From Candidatus Binatia bacterium (lineage in GTDB: Bacteria; Desulfobacterota; Binatia; Bin18), in the NCBI GenBank assembly GCA_963666315.2, contig CAXXHG010000008.1, positions 128,001-192,000 on the forward strand: DNA of 64,000 bases. Reading direction: 5' to 3'. The notes beneath the pieces are model-generated. The model worked only from the letters and a program-made list of their open reading frames with translations, did no database searches and had not been told where the DNA came from. The position numbers and the translations under genes are program-made. Within the stretch, counting starts at the first letter, position 1. Every line of letters begins with the position of its first letter. Of this stretch, positions 10,425 through 20,124 are shown piece by piece.

Positions 10425-10515
10425 AGGCGCCGCGGGTCACTATTGACCTCATTCTTCTGGGACGTACTCTTCAGGTGGAGACTGATTCCTCGTCCACGTA
10501 GCGTGGCTTGCGTTT

Positions 10516-11223
10516 CTACGGATTAATAGCCGTATTATTCTGCTCGACAATGAAGGCGTCACGGCGCTCTACAAAGTCACCCACCGCCGTACACAGCGCA
10601 TCTGGCCGGTCTGTCTCAATGGCATGCCCGGCGTCATACACGAGGACGTAATAACAGTTCGGAATATGCTCGACATAGCGCTGTCCTGTCTCTGGTGGAA
10701 GGATCTCATCATTCGTTCCAACCAGGACGAGGGTCGCCACCTGGAGGTCTCCCAACCTGCGCTCTAATTCCGGATCCCGAGCGTATCCGCTCGGCCCGCT
10801 GCGGCCTTCAGGCAGCAGGACCGTGGGAGAGATTAAGACGAGCCCGACGAGCCCATCGCCTTGCTGTGGGGTATCGATAGCCTGCCACAGCGCGATAGAC
10901 GTACCGGCCGCGCTGCTCACCAACACGTACTGCTGCAGACCAACAGCGAGACTCACCTGCGTCAACGTGCGCGCTACGTCGTGCGGCGGGTGGCCACCGC
11001 CTGGAACCTCAAAGGCGATTACCCGGAATTGCCGGGCCAGTAGAGTGTGTAACGGCGACTGGTGTAATCCCTCAGCATCCAGCACCTCCAGCGTATCTTG
11101 GAGCACGACTACGGAACTGCCGTGGCCGGCTTCCAGGTAGCGTATCCGGAGTCCATCCGCTTGTATAACATGCTCCGTGAAGGCCACGCTGGAGCCGCCT
11201 GGTGGCTGTGTCGTGTTGCTCAT
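10516..11223 (-). CDS. Alpha/beta hydrolase fold protein (degenerate)
   Basis: RIRYLEAGHG, TLVLVGTND, DAGHAIE; no GxSxG nucleophile elbow (VSSAAG). Confidence 0.7.
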   Translation of the reverse strand: MSNTTQPPGGSSVAFTEHVIQADGLRIRYLEAGHGSSVVVLQDTLEVLDAEGLHQSPLHTLLARQFRVIAFEVPGGGHPPHDVARTLTQVSLAVGLQQYVLVSSAAGTSIALWQAIDTPQQGDGLVGLVLISPTVLLPEGRSGPSGYARDPELERRLGDLQVATLVLVGTNDEILPPETGQRYVEHIPNCYYVLVYDAGHAIETDRPDALCTAVGDFVERRDAFIVEQNNTAINP

Positions 11224-11260
11224 TTATTCCCTCAGATTGTCGAGCTAATTACTCCTCTGA

Positions 11261-12367
11261 CTAGGCGCTGGTGGCGGCATACGTGTCCGGCTGCTCACTT
11301 GCAGCACTGACGCCGATGTGACGAATCCGGGGCAGCACCTCGGTCGCAAACAGCCGCATGGACTTCATGGCCTCCTCCGGGCTGAGGCCGGCGCCCCCAA
11401 AGGCGACGTCGATCACGCCTACTCCCGTGGTCTCATGGAAGTCGGTAATCTGCTGTACGACCGCATCAGGGCTGCCACAGAACCGCGGCTCGCCCAAACC
11501 AAAACCCGCCTGCGTTTGCGTCGGCGGCGGCACTGCCGCCCCGCGACCACGGAATAAATCACCGGTTGGATCCCCGACGAAATACTTGGCCTGGAGCGCC
11601 GCCGCCTCCTGGTCGTCTTCACCGACTGCGACAAAGCAACGATACAGGAGCTGATCCGGAGAGGGCTGCCAGCCGTGCTTGGCGCACTCCTGCTTATAGT
11701 GGCCCGTCATCTGCGCGACCAGGGGCGGCCGATAGAATGACACCCCGAGTCCCATATGCTGGGCTGCGGCAAAGGTAGCTGACTCCAGGCTGTTGCCCGA
11801 ATAGTACAGTGGTGGGTGCGGCTGCTGAATCGACCCCGGCCATACCGCCACCGTACGAAATCGATAGAAACGGCCCTCCCAGCCGAACGGCTGTGGCTCG
11901 GTGAGCGCTCGGCTGATCAACACGCTGGCTTCCTGGGTACGCGCGCGCGTTTCGTCCGGGTTGGTGCCGTAAGCCAAAAACTCATTCGGCGTCCCGCGTA
12001 AGAACAACACGATCAGTCGCCCATGGGTCAACTGATCCAGCATGGCCATTTCCTCGGCAATCCGGACCGGGTTGTTCATCGACACCAGCGGCCCGAGCAC
12101 CGCGATCTTGGCCCGGCGGACGACCTGGCTGAGCGCCGCGGCGAAGACATTCGCATTCGGCGTTTGCAGCAAGGGCGTATAGTGGTGCTCCGAGCAGCTC
12201 ACCCAGTCGAAGCCCAATTCGTCGGCTAGCGTAGCTTGCTCCAGCGCAAAGTCCACCGAGCGCAGACCGACCTCGGACCGATACAAGGCCGGCGGTGTCG
12301 GCCAGACGTGCTGGCGGTAGGCCTCTCCAGACAGATAGCTGTTGGTGCAAAAGAATGATACCTGCAT
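11261..12367 (-). CDS. LLM class flavin-dependent oxidoreductase
   Basis: LGFDWVSCSEHHY, NPVRIAEEMAMLD, QQPHPP, SMRLFATEVLP. Confidence 0.9.
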   Translation of the reverse strand: MQVSFFCTNSYLSGEAYRQHVWPTPPALYRSEVGLRSVDFALEQATLADELGFDWVSCSEHHYTPLLQTPNANVFAAALSQVVRRAKIAVLGPLVSMNNPVRIAEEMAMLDQLTHGRLIVLFLRGTPNEFLAYGTNPDETRARTQEASVLISRALTEPQPFGWEGRFYRFRTVAVWPGSIQQPHPPLYYSGNSLESATFAAAQHMGLGVSFYRPPLVAQMTGHYKQECAKHGWQPSPDQLLYRCFVAVGEDDQEAAALQAKYFVGDPTGDLFRGRGAAVPPPTQTQAGFGLGEPRFCGSPDAVVQQITDFHETTGVGVIDVAFGGAGLSPEEAMKSMRLFATEVLPRIRHIGVSAASEQPDTYAATSA

Positions 12368-12391
12368 AGGACTTCCCTGCTTAGGCTACCG

Positions 12392-13291
12392 TCACCCTGC
12401 CGCTCCTTCGGTATTTTGTTTATGGCCCCAGATACTGCCCGACGTGTGCATTTGTACCTGCCAGGTGGCATCATCTACCTCACGCGCCCCCCAGCCGTAT
12501 TCAACCCCAAAGCCGGACGGCGTTTTCATATAGAACGACAGCATATGATCATTGGTATGGCGACCTAAATTCATGACGATCGGGATCTCCTGGTCCTGAC
12601 ACAGATCATAGGTTGCGCCCACATCATCCAGTGCTTGCGTCTGTAACATAAAGTGATGCAGACGCTTAGGCGCGTTGGGTGCCGCAACGAACGCCAGAGA
12701 ATGATGGCGTGGATTACAGTGGAAAAAGGTGGCCTGGAAGGTCACGCCTGGAGCCGGAGTGATCTGGACATGGTCGCTGATGCGCATCCCCAGAACGTCA
12801 CGATAAAAATGGATACTCCGCTCCGCATCATCCACAAAGATGACACAATGTCCAAGACCTTGCTCGCCCGTTTTAAAGCCCGAGATGGGTCGAGGTGACT
12901 GAAACGGTTTGTCAAATGTGACCAGTGGGCCGTAGAAAATTTCGGACGGAACACCGCTCGGGTCGCGAAAGTGGATCAAGCCTGACACCCGGCGTGCTGT
13001 TGCTTCGGCTGGGGTTCCCAACTTCACTTCTACCTCAGCGGCGTTGAGCTGTTCAGCCGTCGTGTGCAAGTCTTGCTCATCCGCTACCTCCCAGCCGATA
13101 TAGGCCAAATCGTCGTTCCCATCGGGATGCAGGTTGAAGCGATGGTGGTATTCGTCCATGCGTAGGAATAGCGTTCCGTCGTTATCGCGCCCATTGGCCT
13201 GCAAGCCCAAGACCTGCGTTGCAAAATGTTCCCACTTGTCGACGTTACTGACTCCGAGTCCGAGATAGCCTAATTGGGTCACACTCGCCAT
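12392..13291 (-). CDS. Extradiol ring-cleavage dioxygenase (BphC/HsaC-like)
   Basis: QLGYLGLGV, RMDEYHHR, GLGHCV, HCNPRHHSLA, LHHFML, GRHTNDHMLSFYMKTPSGFGVEYGWG. Confidence 0.92.
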   Translation of the reverse strand: MASVTQLGYLGLGVSNVDKWEHFATQVLGLQANGRDNDGTLFLRMDEYHHRFNLHPDGNDDLAYIGWEVADEQDLHTTAEQLNAAEVEVKLGTPAEATARRVSGLIHFRDPSGVPSEIFYGPLVTFDKPFQSPRPISGFKTGEQGLGHCVIFVDDAERSIHFYRDVLGMRISDHVQITPAPGVTFQATFFHCNPRHHSLAFVAAPNAPKRLHHFMLQTQALDDVGATYDLCQDQEIPIVMNLGRHTNDHMLSFYMKTPSGFGVEYGWGAREVDDATWQVQMHTSGSIWGHKQNTEGAAG

Positions 13292-13304
13292 AATTCCCTC
13301 CTTT

Positions 13305-14297
13305 TCAAAAAGTCTTCAGATCTAGGAATTCTCCAATGTCCTGGCCACGTCCTTGCTCGAGCGCCTCCTCGTATACAGCAAAGCCGGCCATGACGTCCTG
13401 GACTGCCGTGCCAACCGACTTGAAAAGCACGATCTGTTTGGGACCGGTCCGGCCCTCTGCCCTCCCCACGAGCACCTCTTTGAGCTCCACTACCTTCTCA
13501 CGGTCATATTTGTCTTCCGCCAGAGCTGCGATGATATCGCCTGACTCTCCTTCTACCTGGATCTTTGAATCGACGATGATCCGATCTGCCCGCGCCAGCG
13601 TCTCAGGGTCGATCTCGCGCAAAAAGGTGGAGGTCGAACCAATTGCGTTGACCAACACGCCAGCCTGCATCCAATCTCCACAGTAGGCGATAGGATCAGG
13701 CTGACTGGAGGTATTGGTGGCGACAATGACTATCTCTGCACCCTGAACGCATCGCTCCGGACTGTCCACCGCAACCGCCTCGACACCCAGCTCAGTGCCC
13801 ATGCGCTGCACAAAGCGTTCACGTCGTTCGCGGTTCGGGCTAAAGACGGCTACCTGTTCAACCGGGCAGACGGCACAGATCGCCTGGAGATTCGTTCGAG
13901 CCTCCAGCCCCGAACCGATCACTGCAACAGTCTGGGAGCCTTGGTTCACTAGCAGTTTTGTTGCGATGCCTGTTGTTGCACCCGTCCGTGCCGCCGTCAA
14001 ATAATGTGCGTCCATTAACGCCAGCAATCGTCCGCCTTCTTTTTGATCATAAATGGCAATCAGATAGCGTACTCCTGCCTTGAGCGAGCCGTGGAATACT
14101 TTGTAGCCCATGAGGCCGCTTTCGTTCATGACAGCCGGCATGACCCGAAAAAATCCATCCTGGGTTGGCAGGTTGAGCCGAGGCGGCACAACGGCTCGGT
14201 CGAGCGCTTCCTCGCGCAGCCCTTGTTCGATGACCTCAATGAGCCGGTGCATATCGGTTGATTGCTCAACGTCCCTGGCGTTTAACACCAGCGTCAT
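13305..14297 (-). CDS. Ornithine cyclodeaminase/mu-crystallin family protein
   Basis: LTAARTGA, IGSGLEAR, NAIGS, FKSVGTAVQD. Confidence 0.9.
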   Translation of the reverse strand: MTLVLNARDVEQSTDMHRLIEVIEQGLREEALDRAVVPPRLNLPTQDGFFRVMPAVMNESGLMGYKVFHGSLKAGVRYLIAIYDQKEGGRLLALMDAHYLTAARTGATTGIATKLLVNQGSQTVAVIGSGLEARTNLQAICAVCPVEQVAVFSPNRERRERFVQRMGTELGVEAVAVDSPERCVQGAEIVIVATNTSSQPDPIAYCGDWMQAGVLVNAIGSTSTFLREIDPETLARADRIIVDSKIQVEGESGDIIAALAEDKYDREKVVELKEVLVGRAEGRTGPKQIVLFKSVGTAVQDVMAGFAVYEEALEQGRGQDIGEFLDLKTF

Positions 14298-14396
14298 GGC
14301 TGCCTCCCCTTAGGAATAGTATTTACCACTCTCCGCATTTTCTCTTTGGCCCACCCACGCACTTTGTGTTTTCGGTATTCTGCTACGAAGTCCGCC

Positions 14397-14637
14397 TTAC
14401 ATGACACACGTCAATCCGCCATCCACGTGGAGGACCCGGCCAGTGATATAGTCGGCTGCTCGACTGACCAGCAACAAAACCGCTCGGCCAATATCTATTG
14501 GCCAAGCCACCCGCCCCAGAGGAATCCGTTCCGAGAAGGCCGCATCTGCCGCCTCCACTGACCCCTGACCAAACGCTTCGCGTACGACGAGCGATCCCGG
14601 CGTCTTCACCCCGCCTGGAGCGAGAGCATTCACGGTA
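14397..14637 (-). pseudogene. SDR oxidoreductase, C-terminal remnant
   Basis: TVNALAPGGVKT...RIPLGR..DYITGRVLHVDGG; N-terminal Rossmann part is missing. Confidence 0.85.
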
Positions 14638-15063
14638 TAGGTCCACACGCGGAACTTCCAGCAGCCCCCATTCGTCCCGTTTCAACTCGCCATAGTAGGC
14701 CTCTTGAAACTGAGGAACGCCGACTAGTCGGCCCTGCATATCGTAGGTCCAGCCGTGGTAGGGGCATGTAAACGTTCGGGTGTTCCCGGCATCCAGCCGG
14801 CACACCCGCGACCCCCGATGCTGGCACGAATTGACAAAAACATGGACCCGGCCCTCTCCATGACGACACACGATTACGGGCTCCTCGCCCATATAGCTGG
14901 TAACAAAATCGCCCGGATGATAAATTTGCGTTGCGTACGTCACATAGAGCCAGCATCGCCCGAACACCCGCTCCTGCTCCGCCTGGTAGACCTCCGGGTC
15001 AGTAAATACGCGAGGGCTGACTGTTCGTTGCTCAAGATCAACGAGATTGCTCCAATCCGTCAT
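14631..15063 (-). pseudogene. Rieske ring-hydroxylating oxygenase alpha subunit, N-terminal remnant
   Basis: CQHRG...CPYHGWTY Rieske motif; breaks after VPRVDLYR and runs into SDR sequence. Confidence 0.9.
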
Positions 15064-15141
15064 AGCCCCCTCCTTACATATTTCGTGTTCCTAAAACAGT
15101 TTCCGCCACTTACACTGAGGGTTAGGCAATACGCATTAGAT

Positions 15142-15199
15142 ATTGATTGAGCGCTTGCTCAATGCTATATACGGGCACCGATAAGCTTGTCAAGACGAA
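15142..15199 (-). promoter_or_regulatory. Promoter with palindromic operator ATTGAGC-N4-GCTCAAT
   Basis: 26-mer at 15142-15167 identical to 44344-44369; TTGACA on the minus strand at 15193-15188. Confidence 0.75.
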
Positions 15200-15320
15200 G
15201 TGCCTCTGCCGTGCCTATGTTGACAACACCTAAGCCGACGATCCGCTGCCGGGTTCTCTTACACCTACGATCCTCAGACAGGTTGTTGTGTCGTTGTGAA
15301 ATTGAAAGGAGGATGAGCAA

Positions 15321-15848
15321 ATGCCAAGAAAACCACGCCGGGTCATCACCGGTCATAATGCTCAGGGTAAATCGGTCGTGCTGTTCCACGATGAGCCGCC
15401 GCACGGTGGCGGTCCGGCGACCGAAATTTGGGCCACCGAAGAGACACCTGCTCGCAATACGGACAGCCGCGATGCGTCGGACCGGCCCGTTCGGCTGGAG
15501 CCGCCCATTGGCGGGTCACTGTTTCGCTACTTCCAGGTTGCGCCGGAGTCGGCCACTGCTCACCTGGACAAGGAGGCGCACGCCAAGCTCGTGCGCGATA
15601 TGTTTACCAGCATTGGGGCTGAGGGCGTGCTGGTTGATACCAGCCGGCACCCGGCAATGCACACGACTCGGACCATGGACTACATCATCCTGCTGTCCGG
15701 TCAGGTGACGCTGCTGCTGGACGAAGGCGAGGTCGAGCTTGAACCCTTTGACGTGGTGGTTCAGCGCGGCACCAATCACGCCTGGGTCAACCACGGCAGC
15801 GAACCCGCCCTATTAGCTGGAATCTTGATCGACGCCGAGCCCATCTAA
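15321..15848 (+). CDS. Cupin domain protein
   Basis: RRVITGHNAQGKS, MHTTRTMDY, VVQRGTNHAWVN. Confidence 0.9.
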   Translation: MPRKPRRVITGHNAQGKSVVLFHDEPPHGGGPATEIWATEETPARNTDSRDASDRPVRLEPPIGGSLFRYFQVAPESATAHLDKEAHAKLVRDMFTSIGAEGVLVDTSRHPAMHTTRTMDYIILLSGQVTLLLDEGEVELEPFDVVVQRGTNHAWVNHGSEPALLAGILIDAEPI

Positions 15849-15947
15849 GGCGAAGCACCTACGGACACAGATGTGACTGGTGGGGGATACTCAGCATTCT
15901 GTCTCAGTCAGCCGAGCCCCGCCGGCACACCCAGAGAGGGGGACTGT

Positions 15948-16400
15948 ATGGACGAACAGCTGCACATCAAGGTCGAAGCTCTGTGGGCCCGAGAGATGAT
16001 TAAGGAACTTACCTACGCGTATGGGCGATGTATTGAGCGGCAGGATGCCGAAGGGATGGCTCAGCTCTTTACCCAGAATGGAGAGGTAGACTTTAGCGAT
16101 CTGGACAGAGGGGTGCATGCTGGCCATGCGGCCATTAGCGCGTTTTATATCACTACTTGGCCGCTTCGGGTTCGTCCGTTCTTTAGCAATCATGTCATTG
16201 AACTGCCAGGCGAGGGAAAAGCGCGCGGGACATGTTGTTTTGAGAACCGAGGGGTGCAAGGTGAAGAGAGTATGATAGGCGCGGGGCGGCTGCACGATGA
16301 GTATGAGAGGGTAGGGGAGGACTGGAAGTTTCGCTCGCGGCGAGTCGAGATCTTCTATTTTGTCCCTTTGAAAGAGGGCTGGGCCAAGGTGCTGAAATAA
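15948..16400 (+). CDS. SnoaL-like / NTF2 family protein
   Basis: REMIKELTYAYGRCIE...LFTQNG, SNHVIE, DEYERVGEDWKFRSR; RBS GAGGGG before ATG 15948. Confidence 0.8.
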   Translation: MDEQLHIKVEALWAREMIKELTYAYGRCIERQDAEGMAQLFTQNGEVDFSDLDRGVHAGHAAISAFYITTWPLRVRPFFSNHVIELPGEGKARGTCCFENRGVQGEESMIGAGRLHDEYERVGEDWKFRSRRVEIFYFVPLKEGWAKVLK

Positions 16401-16637
16401 GACGACGGTGCGATCCTCCCGGCCGTGGACGCACAGCGCCGTATAGCGTCGTATCGTCCACCAGTCGAGTTGCGCTACCGCTCATCTCTGTCTATTTGCT
16501 ACCGGAGGACCATAATGACCGTTATCAGCCGCACTTTCAGTCCCGCAACATTGGCTGATGAGAGGGATTCTCAGTGAGCAAGCTCCGTTTGTAGGCGGCA
16601 GCTAGTGCAGCTCCAGAGCACCTCTTTGGGAATAGCA

Positions 16638-16752
16638 ATTCCCTCGTCCCTGTGGGGAGAGGGCGTCGTCCACGGAGTGGACGCGGGTGAGGGGCATGGA
16701 ATGAGATTTCACCCACCCTCACCTCATTCCTCTCCCGCCAGTGGGCGAGGAG
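16638..16752. repeat. REP-like CCCTC/GAGGG palindromic pair
   Basis: CCCTCGTCCCTGTGGGGAGAGGG...GGTGAGGGG and CCCTCACC..CCTCTCCCGCCAGTGGGCGAGG. Confidence 0.6.
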
Positions 16753-16789
16753 GCAAAGCGGATTCCCAAAGAGGTTGGCTGTTTTTGCA

Positions 16790-17096
16790 CTAGGTCAGTT
16801 CAGTGAGGAGCGCCTTAGCATCTTTGAGGTCTTGGGTGTCAAAGCCTTCGGTGAACCAGTTGTGGACTGGGGCAAGCAGCTCCAGCGCTTCTGCTCGTTT
16901 CCCTTGCTGCTGCCACAGCCGAGCGAGGCTGGTGGCGGCCCGGAGTTCCCAGGATTTGGCTTCCTGTTTTTGAGCAATCGCAATGGCCTTCCGAAAACAC
17001 GCCTCCGCTTCTCCAGCGTTGAACGTTGAACCACCGACAGGTCTCCCCTCACGAACCTGGAGAGATAAGAGCAGGAAATAGGCAGAAGGACAACTC
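16790..17096 (-). pseudogene. Cyclase-STAND-TPR paralog reduced to leader/start plus last ~75 codons
   Basis: EAEACFRKAIAIAQKQEAKSWELRAATSLARLWQQQG..WFTEGFDTQDLKDAKALL; 17032-17096 matches the leader at 62476-62539. Confidence 0.8.
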
Positions 17097-17217
17097 AACG
17101 CGGGGGGGGACGCTAGACTGTGTACGCTCAATCTCGTTGTATTGTGATCATCAACAGGGGCCTTTACCGGGGACTGTTGCCCCGCCAGCTGGTTTCTTCT
17201 TCGGTCTTGCACGATCG

Positions 17218-17982
17218 TTAGTAATGAACCCGCCCGCCATCAACGTTGAGCGTTTGCCCGGTCATAAAGTCGCTCGCATCAGACGCCAAAAAGATGACCG
17301 TCCCCGCTACGTCAGCCGGCTCTTCGTTCCGCTTGATAATCTGCCTCTTGACCGATTGCCGCCGGAACCGCTCAAAGGTTTCCCGATCGAGTATCGTCTT
17401 GCTCGCTTCGGTCATCGTGTGGCCGGGGGTGACGGCGTTTACATTAATCCCCGTCCCCGCGAGCTCTCGCGCCAGCGCGCGGGTGAGGGAAAACACCGCG
17501 CCTTTCGAGGCCACATAATGTAACACAAACGGATCACCGGCCCAGATGGTACTCGACGAAATATTAATGATTTTGCCTTTTCCCTGGTCCTTCATCGTCG
17601 GAACGACCGCCTTACAGCACAGCCACATGCCTTTGACATTCACCTCCATCATCCGATCCCATTCGGCTTCCGAGATCTGATCGAACGGGCCGACCGTTAG
17701 GCCTCCGTACAACGCCGCATTATTGACCAGGATGTCAATCCGGCCAAAACGCTCGAGCGCCTCGGCGGCCATGGCTTCGGTGCTCTGGGCGCTCGTGACA
17801 TCCGTGGTCACCCCGACCACCTCTCCCCCGGATTCCCGGACTTTGCTGACCGTCTCCTCGCACGACAGGATGTCGGCGGCGATCACCCGCGCGCCCTCAC
17901 GTGTGAAGGCGCAGCAGTATTCCTGCCCGATCCCACGCGCCGCCCCGGTCACGATGGTCACTCGCCCGGTCAGTGATGCCAT
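17218..17982 (-). CDS. SDR family oxidoreductase
   Basis: True start MASLTGRVTIVTGAARGIG after AAAGGAGG; NNAA, YVASK, TGQTLNVDGG. Confidence 0.92.
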   Translation of the reverse strand: MASLTGRVTIVTGAARGIGQEYCCAFTREGARVIAADILSCEETVSKVRESGGEVVGVTTDVTSAQSTEAMAAEALERFGRIDILVNNAALYGGLTVGPFDQISEAEWDRMMEVNVKGMWLCCKAVVPTMKDQGKGKIINISSSTIWAGDPFVLHYVASKGAVFSLTRALARELAGTGINVNAVTPGHTMTEASKTILDRETFERFRRQSVKRQIIKRNEEPADVAGTVIFLASDASDFMTGQTLNVDGGRVHY

Positions 17983-18042
17983 AGCAATCCCTCCTTTCCG
18001 TGCACTTGCCATAGCACCTCGGCCAGACCAGACAAGGGGGAA

Positions 18043-18420
18043 TGAGGTCGGCCGTGTCAAAGCCTTCGGTGAACCAGTTGTAAACGGGGGCGAGCAGCTC
18101 TCTCGCTTCGGTTGTCTTCCCTGCTGCTGCCACAACCGAGCCAGGCTGGTCGCGGCGCGGAGTTCGAGCGACTTCGCACTCCGCTCGCGGGCAACGTCGA
18201 GGGCTTGGTGGAAGTACTGCTCGGCTTCTTCTTCGACCTTCGACTCAGGCCCTTCGACTTGGGACTGTAGCGTCAGCTTCCCCTTGAGCCGATATAATTC
18301 AGCCTCCCAATATCGGTCGCCATGGTTGGGGTGAACCGTCATAGCCTCCTCTAGGGCCGTCCATCCTTCTTCATATCGTTCCGCGTCAATATAGGCTTCA
18401 ACCTCTAGACCGATGCGCAC
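18043..18420 (-). pseudogene. Cyclase-STAND-TPR paralog, C-terminal fragment
   Basis: EAELYRLKGKL..LELRAATSLARLWQQQG, frameshift, ARELLAPVYNWFTEGFDTADL, then truncated. Confidence 0.8.
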
Positions 18421-18535
18421 GAGAGTCCGGTATTTTTACCTGGCACGGATCGAGCGGGCATCCATAGGCAGGATGAAAATCTTGCCGTCCAGCAAAGAGG
18501 TAGACTATGCAACTCAACTCGCTTATCCCTAACTT

Positions 18536-18781
18536 TCACACTGGTACCGAAACCCTGGGCCGGTCACAGCTCTTAATATGGTCTTGGATGAATGTCTCTC
18601 CTTTTTGCGTAAGTTGAAACGGACTCTGCGCGTTTTTATGTTCCTCAATATAGTCATGTGCAACTAAATATTCCGTCGCCTCTTTCCGCCGCCGCTCCCC
18701 TTTAAACCAGTCGCGGGTCCTCCTGCCCTTCTGCAATGCACGGAGTATTTCCAAACTGAACAACGTCTGCACCAAGTCCAT
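18536..18781 (-). CDS. Small hypothetical protein, possible winged helix
   Basis: GGAGGAG RBS; YLVAHDYIEE..FQLTQKGETF resembles a wHTH wing. Confidence 0.45.
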   Translation of the reverse strand: MDLVQTLFSLEILRALQKGRRTRDWFKGERRRKEATEYLVAHDYIEEHKNAQSPFQLTQKGETFIQDHIKSCDRPRVSVPV

Positions 18782-18962
18782 TGCTCCTCCCAGTGAGTGG
18801 GGTGACTGTCAGCCAGCAGTCCTTGCTCACCCTCAGTGTGCAAGAGTGACGATCAGCGGCACGGCACCGGCCTAGTTTTTCACGGTTGCCGAAAAACGGC
18901 GCGCGCTGGCACAATGTTCTGGCGGCACGGATCGGGCGGGGAATCGTGCTATTCAACACCGT

Positions 18963-19187
18963 ATGAAAACACACCTACCGCTTGTGGCTTTCACGTTCTT
19001 CATTCTGTGGAGGATTGAAGAAGGGAAAACGCGTAACCCGACGGCCGCCTGGATACCCGCTTCGACCTACACCGACCTGGCTCAGTGCCAGCAGAAATCC
19101 ACGGAACTGAATAAAAATAAACCTGCCCAGCATCCTCGCCGCTACGTCTGCCTGCCTGACACAATTCAACCCCCCGCACCTACGTAG
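18963..19187 (+). CDS. Small exported hypothetical protein with two Cys
   Basis: Hydrophobic N-terminus; LAQCQQK...YVCLPDT. Confidence 0.45.
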   Translation: MKTHLPLVAFTFFILWRIEEGKTRNPTAAWIPASTYTDLAQCQQKSTELNKNKPAQHPRRYVCLPDTIQPPAPT

Positions 19188-19207
19188 CAAACATCCCCCA
19201 CACGGCT

Positions 19208-19650
19208 GTGGCTCCCCAGAATCACTGCTCCCGCGCTTCTTCTCTTACCCCCGCTGTCTTGCATCCGCCGGCGCAATCGAGAGTGCGGAGTGGTATCGTA
19301 GTCGAGAACGCGGTGATACCCTATCGGATCATGCTCCCTACGCACCTCACCGCACAGCAACGGCTGTGGGCGGCGGTCCTCGATAATGCCGTCATGAGCC
19401 TTGAACAGCGCGGCATCTTCAGCTACGGGAAAAAATACAACGTAAGACACCAGAAGCGGAAACTGCGGGACGAGTCGCTGACCTGGCTCAAAGCGGACCT
19501 CACCACCCCGGCAGCTTTATTTTTGTCTGTGACACCTTGCATATTAATCCCAACTTCCTGCGCGCGCGGCTGCTGAAGCACTTCGCCGTGGTACCCTGGA
19601 ACGCGAAAGCGAAAGGAGCCCCACTGCGCACCCGCGTCAATTTATCGTGA
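19208..19650 (+). pseudogene. Conserved hypothetical protein, frameshifted
   Basis: QQRLWAAVLDNAV..ESLTWL, continuing after a shift near 19508 as GSFIFVCDTLHINPNFLRARL to TGA 19650. Confidence 0.5.
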
Positions 19651-20073
19651 CCTCCGCTCTCCCCTTAGCCGAACCGACACAAGGGTTCACTCCGGCTGTT
19701 TACCCGACAGACTCCAGCCCCTTCACTACAAGAGGGAGATCTCGACCTAACAATTCACGCCTTTCTTTCCAGCGCTTCCGAAATAGGGGGATTTTTCTCT
19801 AAACGACGAAAAGTTCTCGATTGCTCTCGGAACCCCGACGAGACGAAAGCGTACATTATAGGAGCAATTTGGCAGTAACGAATATTCCCCCTTTGCGCAT
19901 GTGGCCAGAAAGTCACGGTTTCGAGAGAGTGAAGTGTTTACGCTCATCTACGTCTGACGATGTGGCGCTACGTCAATTTTAATGCAGAACGACATTGGTA
20001 ACGACAGCATACAATCCACGCGGGCGTCGGGTGCGGCTTTAACTCCCTCCGTAATCACGATGTCCCGCAATCT

Positions 20074-20107
20074 GGAGGGGCGGGCGGCTTACGCCGCTCG
20101 CCCCTCC
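20074..20107. other. GC-rich hairpin 3' of the CLec gene (candidate DGR target hairpin)
   Basis: GGAGGGGCGGGCGGC-TTAC-GCCGCTCGCCCCTCC: 15-bp stem, one mismatch, no U-tract in the gene direction. Confidence 0.65.
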
Positions 20108-20124
20108 CAAAGTCCACAGGGCCA

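Noticed and set aside
17218-18420. 400-aa TPR-SDR fusion protein
   Set aside because: Produced by a frameshifted cyclase remnant reading into the SDR, which has its own RBS and start at 17982.
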